DNA of 64,000 bases from an uncultured Dehalococcoidales bacterium (GCA_964354655.1 CAYHAL010000003.1:3670-67669); one strand, 5' to 3'; shown: positions 1-10,165, numbered from the stretch's first letter. Notes: generated by a model not told the origin, from the sequence alone. Numbers and translations: made by a program.

Positions 1-217
1 AGAGCCCTATACATCCTGCTCTCAATATGGCAACATCTGATAGATTGTGTAACTCCACCTCCCTGGTAAAAGCATCTAAAATCTTATTTGCTCCTGAAGC
101 AATGCCACACGTTCCTAGATGTACCTTGACTTGAACCTTCATTTCCTGCTTTGCTAGCCTAGCTTGAGCTTGTTCTCTTAAATTCTTTAACTCTTCTACC
201 GAGCTGAGCGGCTTCAT
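1..217 (-). CDS. NuoF/HymB-like flavoprotein subunit, N-terminal fragment (runs off the window)
   Basis: ATG at 217 (revcomp), 15 nt downstream of the NuoE-like stop. My translation is MKPLSSVEELKNLREQAQARLAKQEMKVQVKVHLGTCGIASGANKILDAF...RAGCIGL. This looks like the thioredoxin-like 2Fe-2S N-domain found on NuoF/HydB-type subunits. Confidence 0.5.
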   Translation of the reverse strand, partial: MKPLSSVEELKNLREQAQARLAKQEMKVQVKVHLGTCGIASGANKILDAFTREVELHNLSDVAILRAGCIGL

Positions 218-231
218 TCTGTGCACCTTCC

Positions 232-744
232 TTAACGGTAAGAATTTAGAACGTCTTTTAGCTGGCTAGGTTTGACCTTTCGGTGAACATCTTCACCAAT
301 AGCCATTACCGGGGATAGCCCACAGCAACCCAGGCAGCGGACGGTTTCCAGAGAGAACCTGCCATCAGCGGTAATCCTTCCAGGCTCCAGTTTCCATTCC
401 TTCCTTAACGCATCCAGAATCCGCTGTCCCCCCTTGACATAGCAACTGGTACCCAGACAGACTTGAATCACATACTTACCCTTGGGCACCATAGAAAAGA
501 AGTGGTAAAAACTGATAATCCCATATAACTCGCTGAGGGGAACCTTTAAATCCCTGGAGATAGTCTTTATTACCGGCGCCGGAAGATAGCCAATTAGTCC
601 CTGTGCCTGCTGTAGAACCCGAATAATGCCGCCAGCTTGCCCGCCAGTGTTATCAATCATTTCCTGAACCTGCTTGAAAATCCTCCCCGTATACCCAATA
701 CTAATTTCCTCTTTTGGGCGTGCCTCAGCATCAATCGGTTCCAT
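232..744 (-). CDS. NuoE/HoxE-type thioredoxin-like [2Fe-2S] ferredoxin (24 kDa subunit family)
   Basis: 170-aa ORF with the Cys pattern CLGTSC...CLGCCG and overall NuoE-like sequence (SELYGIISFYHFF). Confidence 0.8.
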   Translation of the reverse strand: MEPIDAEARPKEEISIGYTGRIFKQVQEMIDNTGGQAGGIIRVLQQAQGLIGYLPAPVIKTISRDLKVPLSELYGIISFYHFFSMVPKGKYVIQVCLGTSCYVKGGQRILDALRKEWKLEPGRITADGRFSLETVRCLGCCGLSPVMAIGEDVHRKVKPSQLKDVLNSYR

Positions 745-963
745 CGTTTACCTCCTGCTGTGACTAATACGGGGTGGCAATAGTGGTAATAGTTAGTAGT
801 CGCTTGGTCAAGTTGAGCTTTCCCAGCGGGGAATTGTAACACAAAGAGGGCATAAACGCAAGCAGTGAAAATATACTTACTTGCGATTCACGCCCTCAAA
901 GTGGCTACTATTAGACAACCGGGTGTTATCGTTACTAGCTGGTGCCAGCCTTAATCTTCTAGT

Positions 964-1605
964 TCACTTGGTAACTGCTATCCCGGTATTGAACCCTTTG
1001 CCACGGAGCTTTATCTCTATCGGCTCACCATGACCATATCTCTTGTAAACTCGACATACCTGACAGATGTCAGTGCTATCACCCCTTTGTCCATAATCGC
1101 ACAGCTTAGAGTAAGTACCTTCAATCTGCCAACACGGCAGAGTCCGATACTTAAATGCCGGACACTCATTTTTCATTGGCTCCGGACAACGAAACATCTC
1201 CCAGCAGGGTGTCTTTCCTTCCCAGAAGCCCAGACCTGGCTCTGCCAGAACCTTCCCTTTCACTTCGTTAATGACCCGCTCTACCTCGGCAATCTCCTCT
1301 ACCGTGGTAACGCCCCTCAGGAGCTCTTCCACCTGTTCAGCCACTTTCGTCTTCACTCTCTCTGCCCCCTCCTTCGTAGCGCTTATCTCCAGCGCCTCAT
1401 ACGCTTTAGGCAGCATCTCCACCTCATTATATTGGAAGCCATAAATCTTGCCCTTACGCTCGCCAGAGGTCATCTTAACCCATAACGGATATACGGCATA
1501 TTTATCGAGCTCTTGGATTTGCATACCTACTATCTCAGCACTTTCGCCTATCACCTGTGGTATTGAATCACATCCCTTAATCTTGACCATATCACCTATT
1601 TTCAT
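964..1605 (-). CDS. Hypothetical protein with a Cys-rich C-terminal module (two CW motifs)
   Basis: 213-aa ORF. The C-terminus reads TPCWEMFRCPEPMKNECPAFKYRTLPCWQIEGTYSKLCDYGQRGDSTDICQVCRVY, with 9 Cys. The overlapping + strand ORFs 1030..1485 and 1448..1651 look like antisense artefacts. Confidence 0.5.
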   Translation of the reverse strand: MKIGDMVKIKGCDSIPQVIGESAEIVGMQIQELDKYAVYPLWVKMTSGERKGKIYGFQYNEVEMLPKAYEALEISATKEGAERVKTKVAEQVEELLRGVTTVEEIAEVERVINEVKGKVLAEPGLGFWEGKTPCWEMFRCPEPMKNECPAFKYRTLPCWQIEGTYSKLCDYGQRGDSTDICQVCRVYKRYGHGEPIEIKLRGKGFNTGIAVTK

Positions 1606-1850
1606 TATCCTTCCCTCCTTTTCTACTACTGTTCATCATTCTTTGCTCTAGCTATATTTAACAATATTAGAAAGCTAACGCCATCCGCCTTAGTGCCTAT
1701 TTCTCGCTTTGCCTTAGCGCAAACATCCCGCCAAAATTAGGCATTTTTGCCTAGGCATCTCCACCTAGCTGATTGCTTTATAACATCCCTATCACTGCGG
1801 TTGAAGATGCTACGGAAACGGCTTATACTGATAGTAGAGAAAGAGCGGCT

Positions 1851-2516
1851 ATGAACACTATCCGGATTCTACTGGCTGAAGACCACGTAGTGGTACGGCA
1901 AGGTACGCGCCAACTCCTAGAGCGGGAGAAAGATTTTGAAATTGTCGGTGAGGCTGGGGATGGTGAGGAGGCTGTCCGAGTAGCCAGCCAACTCAAGCCC
2001 GATGTGGTCATTATGGATGTGGCTATGCCCAAACTTAGTGGCATCGAGGCTACCAAGCAAATCAAGGCTATCTTACCGGCAACCATAGTGCTTGTCCTCA
2101 CCGGCTATGATTATGATGAATATATTTTCAGCATGCTGGAAGCCGGTGCTGCCGGTTATCTACTAAAGAATATAACTGGTGACGAGTTGATTAGCGCTGT
2201 CCGAGCCGTCTATGCTGGTGAGCCGATGATTCACCCGACCGTCCTTCGCAAGTTGATGACCCGGTTCAAAACCCCGGCGGCCAAGCCAGCGCCGGCTCGA
2301 CCATCTCAACCATTGAGTGAACGTGAGATGGAGGTACTCAAGATAGCAGCCAAAGGTATGACCAATAGGGATATCGGCGACAAGCTTTTTATCAGCGAGC
2401 GCACTGTTCAAGCCCATATGAGGAGCATCTTCAACAAGCTGGGGGTGGGTTCACGCTCTGAAGCAATACTTTATGGCTTAAAACGGGGTTGGTTTGCCAT
2501 CGAAGACCTCCCGTGA
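1851..2516 (+). CDS. Two-component response regulator, NarL/LuxR family (REC + HTH_LuxR)
   Basis: The REC domain starts [12 protein letters not shown]...[14 protein letters not shown]. The C-terminal LuxR HTH reads [36 protein letters not shown] chose the ATG at 1851 rather than the track start at 1773. Confidence 0.85.
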   Translation: MNTIRILLAEDHVVVRQGTRQLLEREKDFEIVGEAGDGEEAVRVASQLKPDVVIMDVAMPKLSGIEATKQIKAILPATIVLVLTGYDYDEYIFSMLEAGAAGYLLKNITGDELISAVRAVYAGEPMIHPTVLRKLMTRFKTPAAKPAPARPSQPLSEREMEVLKIAAKGMTNRDIGDKLFISERTVQAHMRSIFNKLGVGSRSEAILYGLKRGWFAIEDLP

Positions 2517-2542
2517 GAAGCCAGCATTTTTGGGTTGCACCA

Positions 2543-4516
2543 ATGAGGCTTATACGAAACCGTAGTTTTTGGTTTATCGTAGTCTTTTTTATACTTTGTA
2601 GCATACTTCACTACATCGAGCCATTGGGTATCACCGGCACGCCACCCAGCCTTCACTTCGGCTTGACCCGACACACCGTTGACCGCATCCTTTTCCTGGT
2701 GCCCATAATCTATGCCAGTTTCACCTTCAGGCTAAAGGGGGGCTTAATTACCTCTTTTGTCGCTTTAGCGATTATGCTACCCAGAGCCATCCTTATCTCG
2801 CCGGTTCCTAGAGACGCCCTTCTTGAGACCGGAGGCACCCTGACTATAGCTATACTGGCTTCATGGGGGATTTCGACACGAGCTGAAGAAAGGGATAAAA
2901 CCAAAGCCGCTTTAGCCAAACTGCAGTCGGCGCATGAGATTCTGCAACATTATGTTCAGTCGGCGAGGAAGAATGAAAAACGCCAGACTATACTTAATAC
3001 CATCTCTACCCTGCTAAGCGAATCTCTGGAGCTTGATAAAATATTAGACAAAGCCACCCATATGGTATCAGAGCTAATGGAAGCAGAGGTCTCTCTGATA
3101 TTTTCCCTAGATGAAGAAAGCCAAAAATTGAGGCTTGTTGCCTATGAAGGTATATCCGATGAATTTGCCCGAGCGGTAGATGGGATAAAGATTGGCGACG
3201 GCATTTATGGAGAGGTAGCCAAGACGTGCCAACCTATGGTAGCCGACGATACCGCTTATGACCCCAGGCTAGCCATGCCTGAGGTCGGTAAGATGCGAAT
3301 CCAAATCCAGCTTATTGTACCCATGGTTCTTAGAGGCCAAATTAGGGGGATACTTTGCGTAGCTATGCGCCGCCCCAGGCAATTTTCTGTCGAGGATATG
3401 GAACTGCTCACCGCCATTGGCGCTCAAATAGCCACTGCCATGGAAAATGCTCGCCTCTATGAGAAAGAGCGCCTTGTGGCACAACGACTGGCTATCTCAG
3501 AAAGAAACTATCGGCAGCTATTTGAAAATGCCAGTGACGCTATCTGGGTTAATGACTTGGAAGGTAATATTACCGCTGCCAACGAAGCCGCGGCCAGACT
3601 CGTCGGATATAACCTAGAAGAACTGAAAAGGATGAACGTAAGGGAGTTCCTCTCATCGGAAAGCCTTGATTTAACTGGCAAAATTCGTCAGAAACTATTG
3701 GAGAAGGAACCGGTGGAACAGCCCTACGAGCAACATATGGTGAGAAAAGATGGCTCGGGGGTGATTCTGCTATTGTCCACTAATCTAGTTACCGAGGATG
3801 GGAAACCCACCGGTTTTCAGTATATAGCCAGAGATATAACCGAGCAGAGGCGGATGCAGGATAGTCTGCGCTACTACCTCAGCCAGATTACTAAGGCTCA
3901 GGAAGAGGAACGCAAGCGTATTGCTCGCGACCTTCATGATGACACCAGCCAAGCCCTCTATGCCCTTTCTCGCCAGGTAGATAACTTCACCCGCGATAAT
4001 GTGGAGCTGGCACCAAACCAGGCTACATTCCTAAAGGAACTGCGCCAGCAGTTGAACAACACATTGGAGGGGATACGTCGTTTTACCCAGGAATTGCGCC
4101 CACCCATGTTAGATGATTTAGGCCTGTTGGCGGCGCTACGATGGGAGGTTAGCGACCTAGAAAAACGAGCCGGGATAGAAACAGAATTAACCGTGTCTGA
4201 TACTGAGCGACGCTACTCGGCAGAAGTGGAACTAATAATTTTCCGTATCGTTCAAGAGGCATTAAGAAATGTCGAGAAGCATGCCCAAGCTTCAAAAGTG
4301 GCGGTGACGATAGAGTTTACCGAAGGCAAAACAAAGGTATCCGTCTGTGATAATGGTAAAGGGTTTGAACTAAGGGGAGGTTTGTCAGATTTACCTCGTA
4401 CCGGCAAGCTGGGGCTGGCTGGAATGGAAGAGAGGGTGCACCTGCTAAATGGCAGTATGAGAATTGAATCTAAACCAGGTAAAGGCACCAGGGTGATAAT
4501 AGAAGCACCAATATAG
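2543..4516 (+). CDS. Membrane sensor histidine kinase (TM region, GAF, PAS, HisKA_3, HATPase_c)
   Basis: H-box IARDLHDDTSQAL is of the NarX/DegS type, and the ATPase motifs are DNGKGF and GLAGMEERV. GAF-like and PAS-like segments are present. The gene overlaps the regulator's stop and ends in TAG. Confidence 0.85.
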   Translation: MRLIRNRSFWFIVVFFILCSILHYIEPLGITGTPPSLHFGLTRHTVDRILFLVPIIYASFTFRLKGGLITSFVALAIMLPRAILISPVPRDALLETGGTLTIAILASWGISTRAEERDKTKAALAKLQSAHEILQHYVQSARKNEKRQTILNTISTLLSESLELDKILDKATHMVSELMEAEVSLIFSLDEESQKLRLVAYEGISDEFARAVDGIKIGDGIYGEVAKTCQPMVADDTAYDPRLAMPEVGKMRIQIQLIVPMVLRGQIRGILCVAMRRPRQFSVEDMELLTAIGAQIATAMENARLYEKERLVAQRLAISERNYRQLFENASDAIWVNDLEGNITAANEAAARLVGYNLEELKRMNVREFLSSESLDLTGKIRQKLLEKEPVEQPYEQHMVRKDGSGVILLLSTNLVTEDGKPTGFQYIARDITEQRRMQDSLRYYLSQITKAQEEERKRIARDLHDDTSQALYALSRQVDNFTRDNVELAPNQATFLKELRQQLNNTLEGIRRFTQELRPPMLDDLGLLAALRWEVSDLEKRAGIETELTVSDTERRYSAEVELIIFRIVQEALRNVEKHAQASKVAVTIEFTEGKTKVSVCDNGKGFELRGGLSDLPRTGKLGLAGMEERVHLLNGSMRIESKPGKGTRVIIEAPI

Positions 4517-4553
4517 CTATTGAATACTTACTTGGAGCAAGGAAACAGCAATC

Positions 4554-5807
4554 GTGGGTAAGACATTAGCCGAAAAAATACTGAGCGCCAAGTCGGGGGG
4601 TGAAGCCAAGGCTGGAGATATTGTTATTGCTAAGGTAGATTTGGCCTTCGTTCAGGATACTACCGGACCACTAGCGGTGAGGCAATTCCAAGCCATAGGA
4701 TTTGACCACCCAGCCAATTCCCTGAAGGTTGCCCTCTTCCTTGACCATGCCGCCCCCAGTCCAAGTCAGGAGCTGTCTAATGACCACGTGCTCCTGCGGG
4801 ACTTTGCCCGGAAAACTGGCAGTTTGCTTTACGATGTTGCCGAGGGTGTCTGCCACCAAATGGTGGCTGAATCTCTGGCTAAGCCAGGCGATTTAATTGT
4901 TGGCGCTGACTCCCATACGGTAACCGCTGGCGGGCTAGGCGCTTTTGCCACCGGGATGGGCTCCACCGACATAGCTGTTGCCCTCGGACTGGGCAAAACT
5001 TGGTTCCGGATACCGGAAAGTATTAAGGTAGCGCTCTCAGGCAGGTTCTCAAATGGTGTCTACGCCAAAGACCTTATTCTTCACCTGATTGGGCGGATTG
5101 GGGCTGATGGTGCTACCTATAAAGCCCTTGAATTCAGCGGTGATGCCATAAGCACTATGAGTATCCCAGAACGCCTTACCGTAGCCAACATGACAGTTGA
5201 AGCTGGGGCTAAGGTGGGACTTTTCCCCGCTGATAAGGTAACACAGGACTATCTGTCAGCCCAAGGGAGGAGGGCAGATTACCAGCCACTTTCCCCTGAT
5301 GACGGCGCCATCTATGAACAAACCATTAATATTAGTCTGGCTGAGCTTGAGCCGACAGTAGCCAAACCCCACGCTGTGGATAATATCGCCCTGGCTAGAG
5401 AACTCAAGGGGACTAAAATCCACCAGGTATTTATCGGTACTTGCACTAATGGTCGTCTGGACGACCTAGCCGCAGCGGCTAGGATTCTAAAGGGGAAGAA
5501 GATTCACCCCAAGACTAGGCTAATAATCGCCCCGGCATCACGAGGGGTACTGATGGCAGCTATAAGGGCAGGCTATATCCAGACCCTGGTTGAAGCTGGA
5601 GCTGTTATCTTGCCACCAGGGTGCGGACCCTGCCTTGGGCTGCACCAGGGAGTGCTTGGGGCTGGAGAGGCCTGCCTGTCAACAGCTAATCGTAATTTCA
5701 GGGGTAGAATGGGTAATCCCGAGGCATTTATATATCTGGGCAGCCCGGCGACGGCGGCGGCTACTGCCATCAATGGCGAAATCACTGACCCGAGAGAGGT
5801 AATATAG
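4554..5807 (+). CDS. leuC: Aconitase-superfamily dehydratase large subunit (3-isopropylmalate / homoaconitate type)
   Basis: 417 aa with the cluster-ligand context GTCTNGR and PGCGPCLG. GTG start. The TAG stop is directly followed in frame by the small-subunit start. Confidence 0.85.
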   Translation: MGKTLAEKILSAKSGGEAKAGDIVIAKVDLAFVQDTTGPLAVRQFQAIGFDHPANSLKVALFLDHAAPSPSQELSNDHVLLRDFARKTGSLLYDVAEGVCHQMVAESLAKPGDLIVGADSHTVTAGGLGAFATGMGSTDIAVALGLGKTWFRIPESIKVALSGRFSNGVYAKDLILHLIGRIGADGATYKALEFSGDAISTMSIPERLTVANMTVEAGAKVGLFPADKVTQDYLSAQGRRADYQPLSPDDGAIYEQTINISLAELEPTVAKPHAVDNIALARELKGTKIHQVFIGTCTNGRLDDLAAAARILKGKKIHPKTRLIIAPASRGVLMAAIRAGYIQTLVEAGAVILPPGCGPCLGLHQGVLGAGEACLSTANRNFRGRMGNPEAFIYLGSPATAAATAINGEITDPREVI

Positions 5808-6302
5808 GTGCTCACCGGCAGAGCCTTTAAGTTTGGCGATAGCATCTCTACTGACCACATCATACCGGGCAGGTTTGCTCATCTAAGAAGTAATCTCTCT
5901 GAGCTAGCCAAGCACGTTATGGAGGACGTTGACCCCACTTTCGCCCCTAGAGTAAAACCAGGGGATTTTATAGTTGCTGGCACTAACTTCGGGCTTGGCT
6001 CCAGTCGGGAGCATGCACCACTGGTAATCAAGATGGCCGGGGTGAGTGCCATATTGGCTAAGTCGGTAGCCAGGATATTCTTCCGTAACGCCATTAACCT
6101 TGGACTTCCAGTGCTTTTATGCGAGACCGATAATATTAATGATGGTGATGAACTAAAGGTAGACCTTAAAGCCGGTACCATCTGGGATATGACCAATGGT
6201 AATCGGCTGAGGTTTAGCCCAATCCCCGAAATAATGCTCCGTATTCTTGATGACGGCGGGCTTTTGCCTTACATCCAGAAGCACGGTGATTTCAAATTAT
6301 GA
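5808..6302 (+). CDS. leuD: Aconitase-superfamily dehydratase small subunit
   Basis: 164 aa with the GxNFGxGSSREHA motif (GTNFGLGSSREHAP). Confidence 0.85.
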   Translation: MLTGRAFKFGDSISTDHIIPGRFAHLRSNLSELAKHVMEDVDPTFAPRVKPGDFIVAGTNFGLGSSREHAPLVIKMAGVSAILAKSVARIFFRNAINLGLPVLLCETDNINDGDELKVDLKAGTIWDMTNGNRLRFSPIPEIMLRILDDGGLLPYIQKHGDFKL

Positions 6303-6344
6303 CCACTATTAAATAAAGGGAAGGCTAAAAGGAGATTTATCTAA

Positions 6345-7427
6345 ATGGCTTACCGAATTACTCTTATCCCCGGTGACGGTGTCGGGCCTGAGGTGACCGA
6401 AGCCACCAGAAGAGTCCTGGAAGCGACCGGTGTTAGTTTTCACTGGGACTTAGCCTATATCGGGAGCAGTGCTCAGAACACCCTAGGCACACCACTTCCT
6501 GAATCCGTACTTGAATCCATTAGAAGAAACAAGGTCGCTCTCAAAGGTCCAGTTACCACACCGGTAGGCTCGGGCTTTAGAAGCGTTAATGTCGCCCTGC
6601 GTAAGGAATTGGGACTTTACGCCGGTCTGCGTCCATGTAAGACCTACCCGGGGGCTCCCTCACTTTATAAAGACGTAGACATCGTTATTGTCAGGGAGAA
6701 TATGGAGGACCTCTATTGCGGTATTGAGTTTGAACGGGGGACCCCTGAGGCAGCAAGATTAATAGAGCTTATCTCAGAAACTAAAGGTGAGACGGTAAGG
6801 GAGGACTCCGGACTAAGCATAAAGCTAATCTCTGACATGGGCAGCAGAAGAATCGTCAAATTTGCCTTTGAATATGCCCGGAGCCACCACCGAAAAAAAG
6901 TAACCGCAGTGCACAAAGCCAACATTATGAAATTCTCCGACGGAATATTTCTATCGGCAGCCCGAGAAGTAGCCAAAAAATACCCTGATATTGAATTTGA
7001 GGATAGAATTGTGGATAACATGAGTATGCAGTTGGTGCGCAAGCCAAACCAATTTGATGTAGTGGTAGCACCTAACCTTTACGGTGACCTGCTTTCTGAT
7101 TTGTGTGCCGGACTAATCGGGGGGTTGGGACTAGCCCCCGGAACAAACCTGAGCGACGAAGTAGCTGTGTTTGAAGCGGTGCATGGCAGCGCCCCCAAAT
7201 ATGCTGGGCTGAACAGAGTTAACCCTATGGCTATGATGCTCTGTGGAGTAATGATGCTCCGCCACCTTGGTGAAGAAAAAAGTGCCGATAGATTAGAAAA
7301 GGCGATTGCCGAGGTTATTGCCGAAGGTAAAAATGTTACCTATGACCTCAAACCAGAGGCACCAGATACCGCAGTTGGCACCTCGCAGGTGGCTGACGCT
7401 GTAATTGAAAGGCTTAGCCGCCGCTAG
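6345..7427 (+). CDS. Isocitrate / 3-isopropylmalate dehydrogenase family enzyme
   Basis: 360 aa with family-typical segments LRKELGLYAGLRPC, IVRENMEDLY and NLYGDLLSDL. Substrate cannot be assigned from sequence alone. Confidence 0.8.
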   Translation: MAYRITLIPGDGVGPEVTEATRRVLEATGVSFHWDLAYIGSSAQNTLGTPLPESVLESIRRNKVALKGPVTTPVGSGFRSVNVALRKELGLYAGLRPCKTYPGAPSLYKDVDIVIVRENMEDLYCGIEFERGTPEAARLIELISETKGETVREDSGLSIKLISDMGSRRIVKFAFEYARSHHRKKVTAVHKANIMKFSDGIFLSAAREVAKKYPDIEFEDRIVDNMSMQLVRKPNQFDVVVAPNLYGDLLSDLCAGLIGGLGLAPGTNLSDEVAVFEAVHGSAPKYAGLNRVNPMAMMLCGVMMLRHLGEEKSADRLEKAIAEVIAEGKNVTYDLKPEAPDTAVGTSQVADAVIERLSRR

Positions 7428-7548
7428 TTCATATCTAACCACTACCTAATATGCCTTTTAACTATAGACTAACATTATGCTATAATAAGCTAATTTGGCT
7501 TAACAATTATTCGTGTTTTTAGCACGGTAAGTAGAGCGGAGAAGGTTA

Positions 7549-8799
7549 ATGGGTAAAATATATTTCATCGATGTAACCAATCGAGATGGGGTGCAAACCG
7601 CCAAGCTTGGTTTGTCCAAACTGGAAAAGACGTTAATAAACATTTACCTAAATGAGATGGGTGTTTTTCAGTCTGAGTTTGGCTTTCCTACTACCCACCA
7701 CGAGTCGCTTTACCTACAGGCTAATCTTGAATTAGCCCGGATGGGAGTGTTGTACCCCATTCGTTTGGAAGGTTGGATAAGAGCCGTGGCCGAGGATGTG
7801 GAAACCGCTTTCAGGTTGGTCCCGGATATCAAGCACCTTAATCTTTCTATTTCCACATCAGACCAGATGATCTACGGCAAATTTTTGGGCAAAAAAACTA
7901 GACAAGATATACTAATGATGATGGTAGAAGCTGTTGATGCCGCTAAGTCACACCGGGCTGAAAGTATAGGGGTAAATGCTGAGGACTCTTCACGTACAGA
8001 CCCAGATTTCCTTATTAAATTCGGTTTAGCCGCTAAAGAACACGGGGCTGACCGACTAAGATACTGCGACACCCTGGGCTATGATAATCCGTTTACCATT
8101 TATGAAACGGTGAAAAAGCTGGCTGGGAACACAGGGATGCCAATCGAGCTTCACTGCCACGGTGACCTGGGCATGGCGGTAGCCAATTCAATTGCCGGGG
8201 CTAAAGCAGCTATAGATGCTGGGCAAGACGCCTACATCAATACTACCATCAATGGGATTGGTGAAAGGGCTGGCAATGCTGACCTGCTGGCAGTCATTCT
8301 GGCAGCCACCAAATCAAAAGGCTTTGCCCAAGAATATCAACTTGGGAATAAGATTGATTTATCAAAATCGTGGAAGATAGCCAAGTTTGCCGAATACGCA
8401 TTTAAAGTCGACATTCCCATAAACCAGCCGGGCGTTGGGGCTAACGCCTTCGCCCACTCTTCCGGTATCCACGCTGATGGAGTAATAAAGGATCCAGAGA
8501 CCTATGAGCTATATGGCTATCAAGAATTGGGTCGAGGCGAACCAGTAAAAGTTGAAACCGGTAGAGAAATTACTACTGGACAATATAGTGGTATATCCGG
8601 TTTTAGGCATGTTATGGGTCAGATAATGGGCGATGTGGCATTACTGTTCCATGATGATAAAGAAGCCCGGGAGGTTCTGGAACTGGTGAGATATGCTAAT
8701 GTAGAAGCCCAGAAGCCGCTTGTCGAGGAAGAGCTAATCTTTATCGCCAAATACCCAGCAATCGCCAAAAAACTCCTAACCCTAAGGCCTCTAGAGTAA
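7549..8799 (+). CDS. 2-isopropylmalate / homocitrate / Re-citrate synthase family (DRE-TIM HMGL-like), short form
   Basis: 416 aa with DVTNRDGVQ at the N-terminus and HCHGDLGMAVANS. It lacks the long LeuA C-terminal regulatory domain. Confidence 0.75.
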   Translation: MGKIYFIDVTNRDGVQTAKLGLSKLEKTLINIYLNEMGVFQSEFGFPTTHHESLYLQANLELARMGVLYPIRLEGWIRAVAEDVETAFRLVPDIKHLNLSISTSDQMIYGKFLGKKTRQDILMMMVEAVDAAKSHRAESIGVNAEDSSRTDPDFLIKFGLAAKEHGADRLRYCDTLGYDNPFTIYETVKKLAGNTGMPIELHCHGDLGMAVANSIAGAKAAIDAGQDAYINTTINGIGERAGNADLLAVILAATKSKGFAQEYQLGNKIDLSKSWKIAKFAEYAFKVDIPINQPGVGANAFAHSSGIHADGVIKDPETYELYGYQELGRGEPVKVETGREITTGQYSGISGFRHVMGQIMGDVALLFHDDKEAREVLELVRYANVEAQKPLVEEELIFIAKYPAIAKKLLTLRPLE

Positions 8800-8846
8800 T
8801 AAAACTGACAGGACTTAGCCACCAACCAAAGGTAGCCCCAGAAGCT

Positions 8847-9302
8847 ATGGAAATCGGCATAATCTCAGATACCCACGTGAAGACGGTTAATGAGCTCCCA
8901 GCCACAATTGTTACCGCTCTAGCCGGGGTAGACCTGATTGTCCATGCCGGGGATTTCACCGAAAGGCCGGTTCTGGAGGGGCTCAGGCGACTAGGCACGG
9001 TAAAAGCTGTCTGTGGCAACATGGACTCGGGTGAACTTAAGAGAATCCTACCCCAGAAAGAGCTATTTGTTGTTGGCAGAAAGAAAGTTGGACTTATACA
9101 CGGTTGGGGTAACCCTTGGGGAATAGCCAACAGAGTAAGAGAAATGTTCAGTGACGTAGATATTATCATCTTTGGTCACTCGCACCAACCTTGTAATGAA
9201 TACATTAGTGGAAGCCTTTTATTCAACCCTGGCCGAGCCAGCGACTCCTTTGGGCTGTTAACTATCGACGATGAGGTAAGGGCTGAGATAATAAAGGTCT
9301 GA
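8847..9302 (+). CDS. YfcE/MJ0936-type metallophosphoesterase
   Basis: 151 aa with the motifs ISDTH, HAGD and GHSH. Confidence 0.75.
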   Translation: MEIGIISDTHVKTVNELPATIVTALAGVDLIVHAGDFTERPVLEGLRRLGTVKAVCGNMDSGELKRILPQKELFVVGRKKVGLIHGWGNPWGIANRVREMFSDVDIIIFGHSHQPCNEYISGSLLFNPGRASDSFGLLTIDDEVRAEIIKV

Positions 9303-9337
9303 CGGCAAGATAGGAAGATAGTAGGCAAATGTATGGA

Positions 9338-10162
9338 TTACAAAACGTTGGTAAAATGGCTGGCGCGCAGCCGGGATAACCCGAAGGAAATGAGTAACAC
9401 GGTTCCGCCGAAGAGGATGATAGTGGCTCCAGAAGGCAACCCGAGCTCAAAGGATAACCACAGCCCCCCAAAGGTGAACAGGGCACCAAAAAGAGTGGCA
9501 AATAGCATCATCTTTTTCATGTTGTGAGTGCACTGCCGCGCCAGCGCCGCCGGAAAGGTAAGCAGGGCAATCACCAGAATCATCCCCACTACCCTGATAA
9601 GCACCACCACGGTAAGGGCAATCATGCAGAGCAAAAGAAGATAGAGCCTATCAACTGGCACGCCGACGACTGTGCCGAACTCTTCGTCAAAGGACAGGAG
9701 CAAGAACTCCTTGTACAAAGCAGCGACAATCCCGATGATAACCCCATCCAGTATGAGCATCATAAGGATGTCACTAAAGGGAACGACCAGGATATTGCCG
9801 AAGAGGTAGCTCATCAGGTCCGGGGCATAGCCCGGGGTCAGGTTGATGAAAATAATTCCCAGGGCCATACCCATAGCCCAGAGGATGCCGATGGCTGTGT
9901 CTTCGGGGAGCCTGGTCTTGCGGGTGATACCTCCGATTGCCAGACCTGAACCTAGGGAGAAGAACATAGCTCCGATTACGGGGTTTATCCCCAAAAAGTA
10001 GCCGAGGCCGATGCCACCGAAGGAGGCGTGGGCAATGCCGCCGCTAATAAACACCACTTTCTTCACCACCACATAGACACCAACGATGCCGCAGGCGACT
10101 GATGCCAGCAGCCCTGCCAGCAGTGCATTCTGCATGAATTCGTAATGCAGTGCTTCCAGCAT
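9338..10162 (-). CDS. Metal (Zn/Mn) ABC transporter permease, ABC-3 family
   Basis: 274-aa polytopic membrane protein, last gene of the SBP-ATPase-permease operon. Confidence 0.8.
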   Translation of the reverse strand: MLEALHYEFMQNALLAGLLASVACGIVGVYVVVKKVVFISGGIAHASFGGIGLGYFLGINPVIGAMFFSLGSGLAIGGITRKTRLPEDTAIGILWAMGMALGIIFINLTPGYAPDLMSYLFGNILVVPFSDILMMLILDGVIIGIVAALYKEFLLLSFDEEFGTVVGVPVDRLYLLLLCMIALTVVVLIRVVGMILVIALLTFPAALARQCTHNMKKMMLFATLFGALFTFGGLWLSFELGLPSGATIILFGGTVLLISFGLSRLRASHFTNVL

Positions 10163-10165
10163 ACT

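Noticed and set aside
1030-1651. Numerous long antisense or overlapping ORFs in the track, including 1030..1485, 1823..2101, 8741..9169, 9524..9949, 13755..14195, 41866..42360, 46369..46839, 47140..47778, 52867..53343 and 58616..59071.
   Set aside because: Each lies entirely within, and antisense to or out of frame with, a gene that has strong family-level motifs. Their translations are low-complexity (Ser/Pro/Arg-rich) and show no RBS context.
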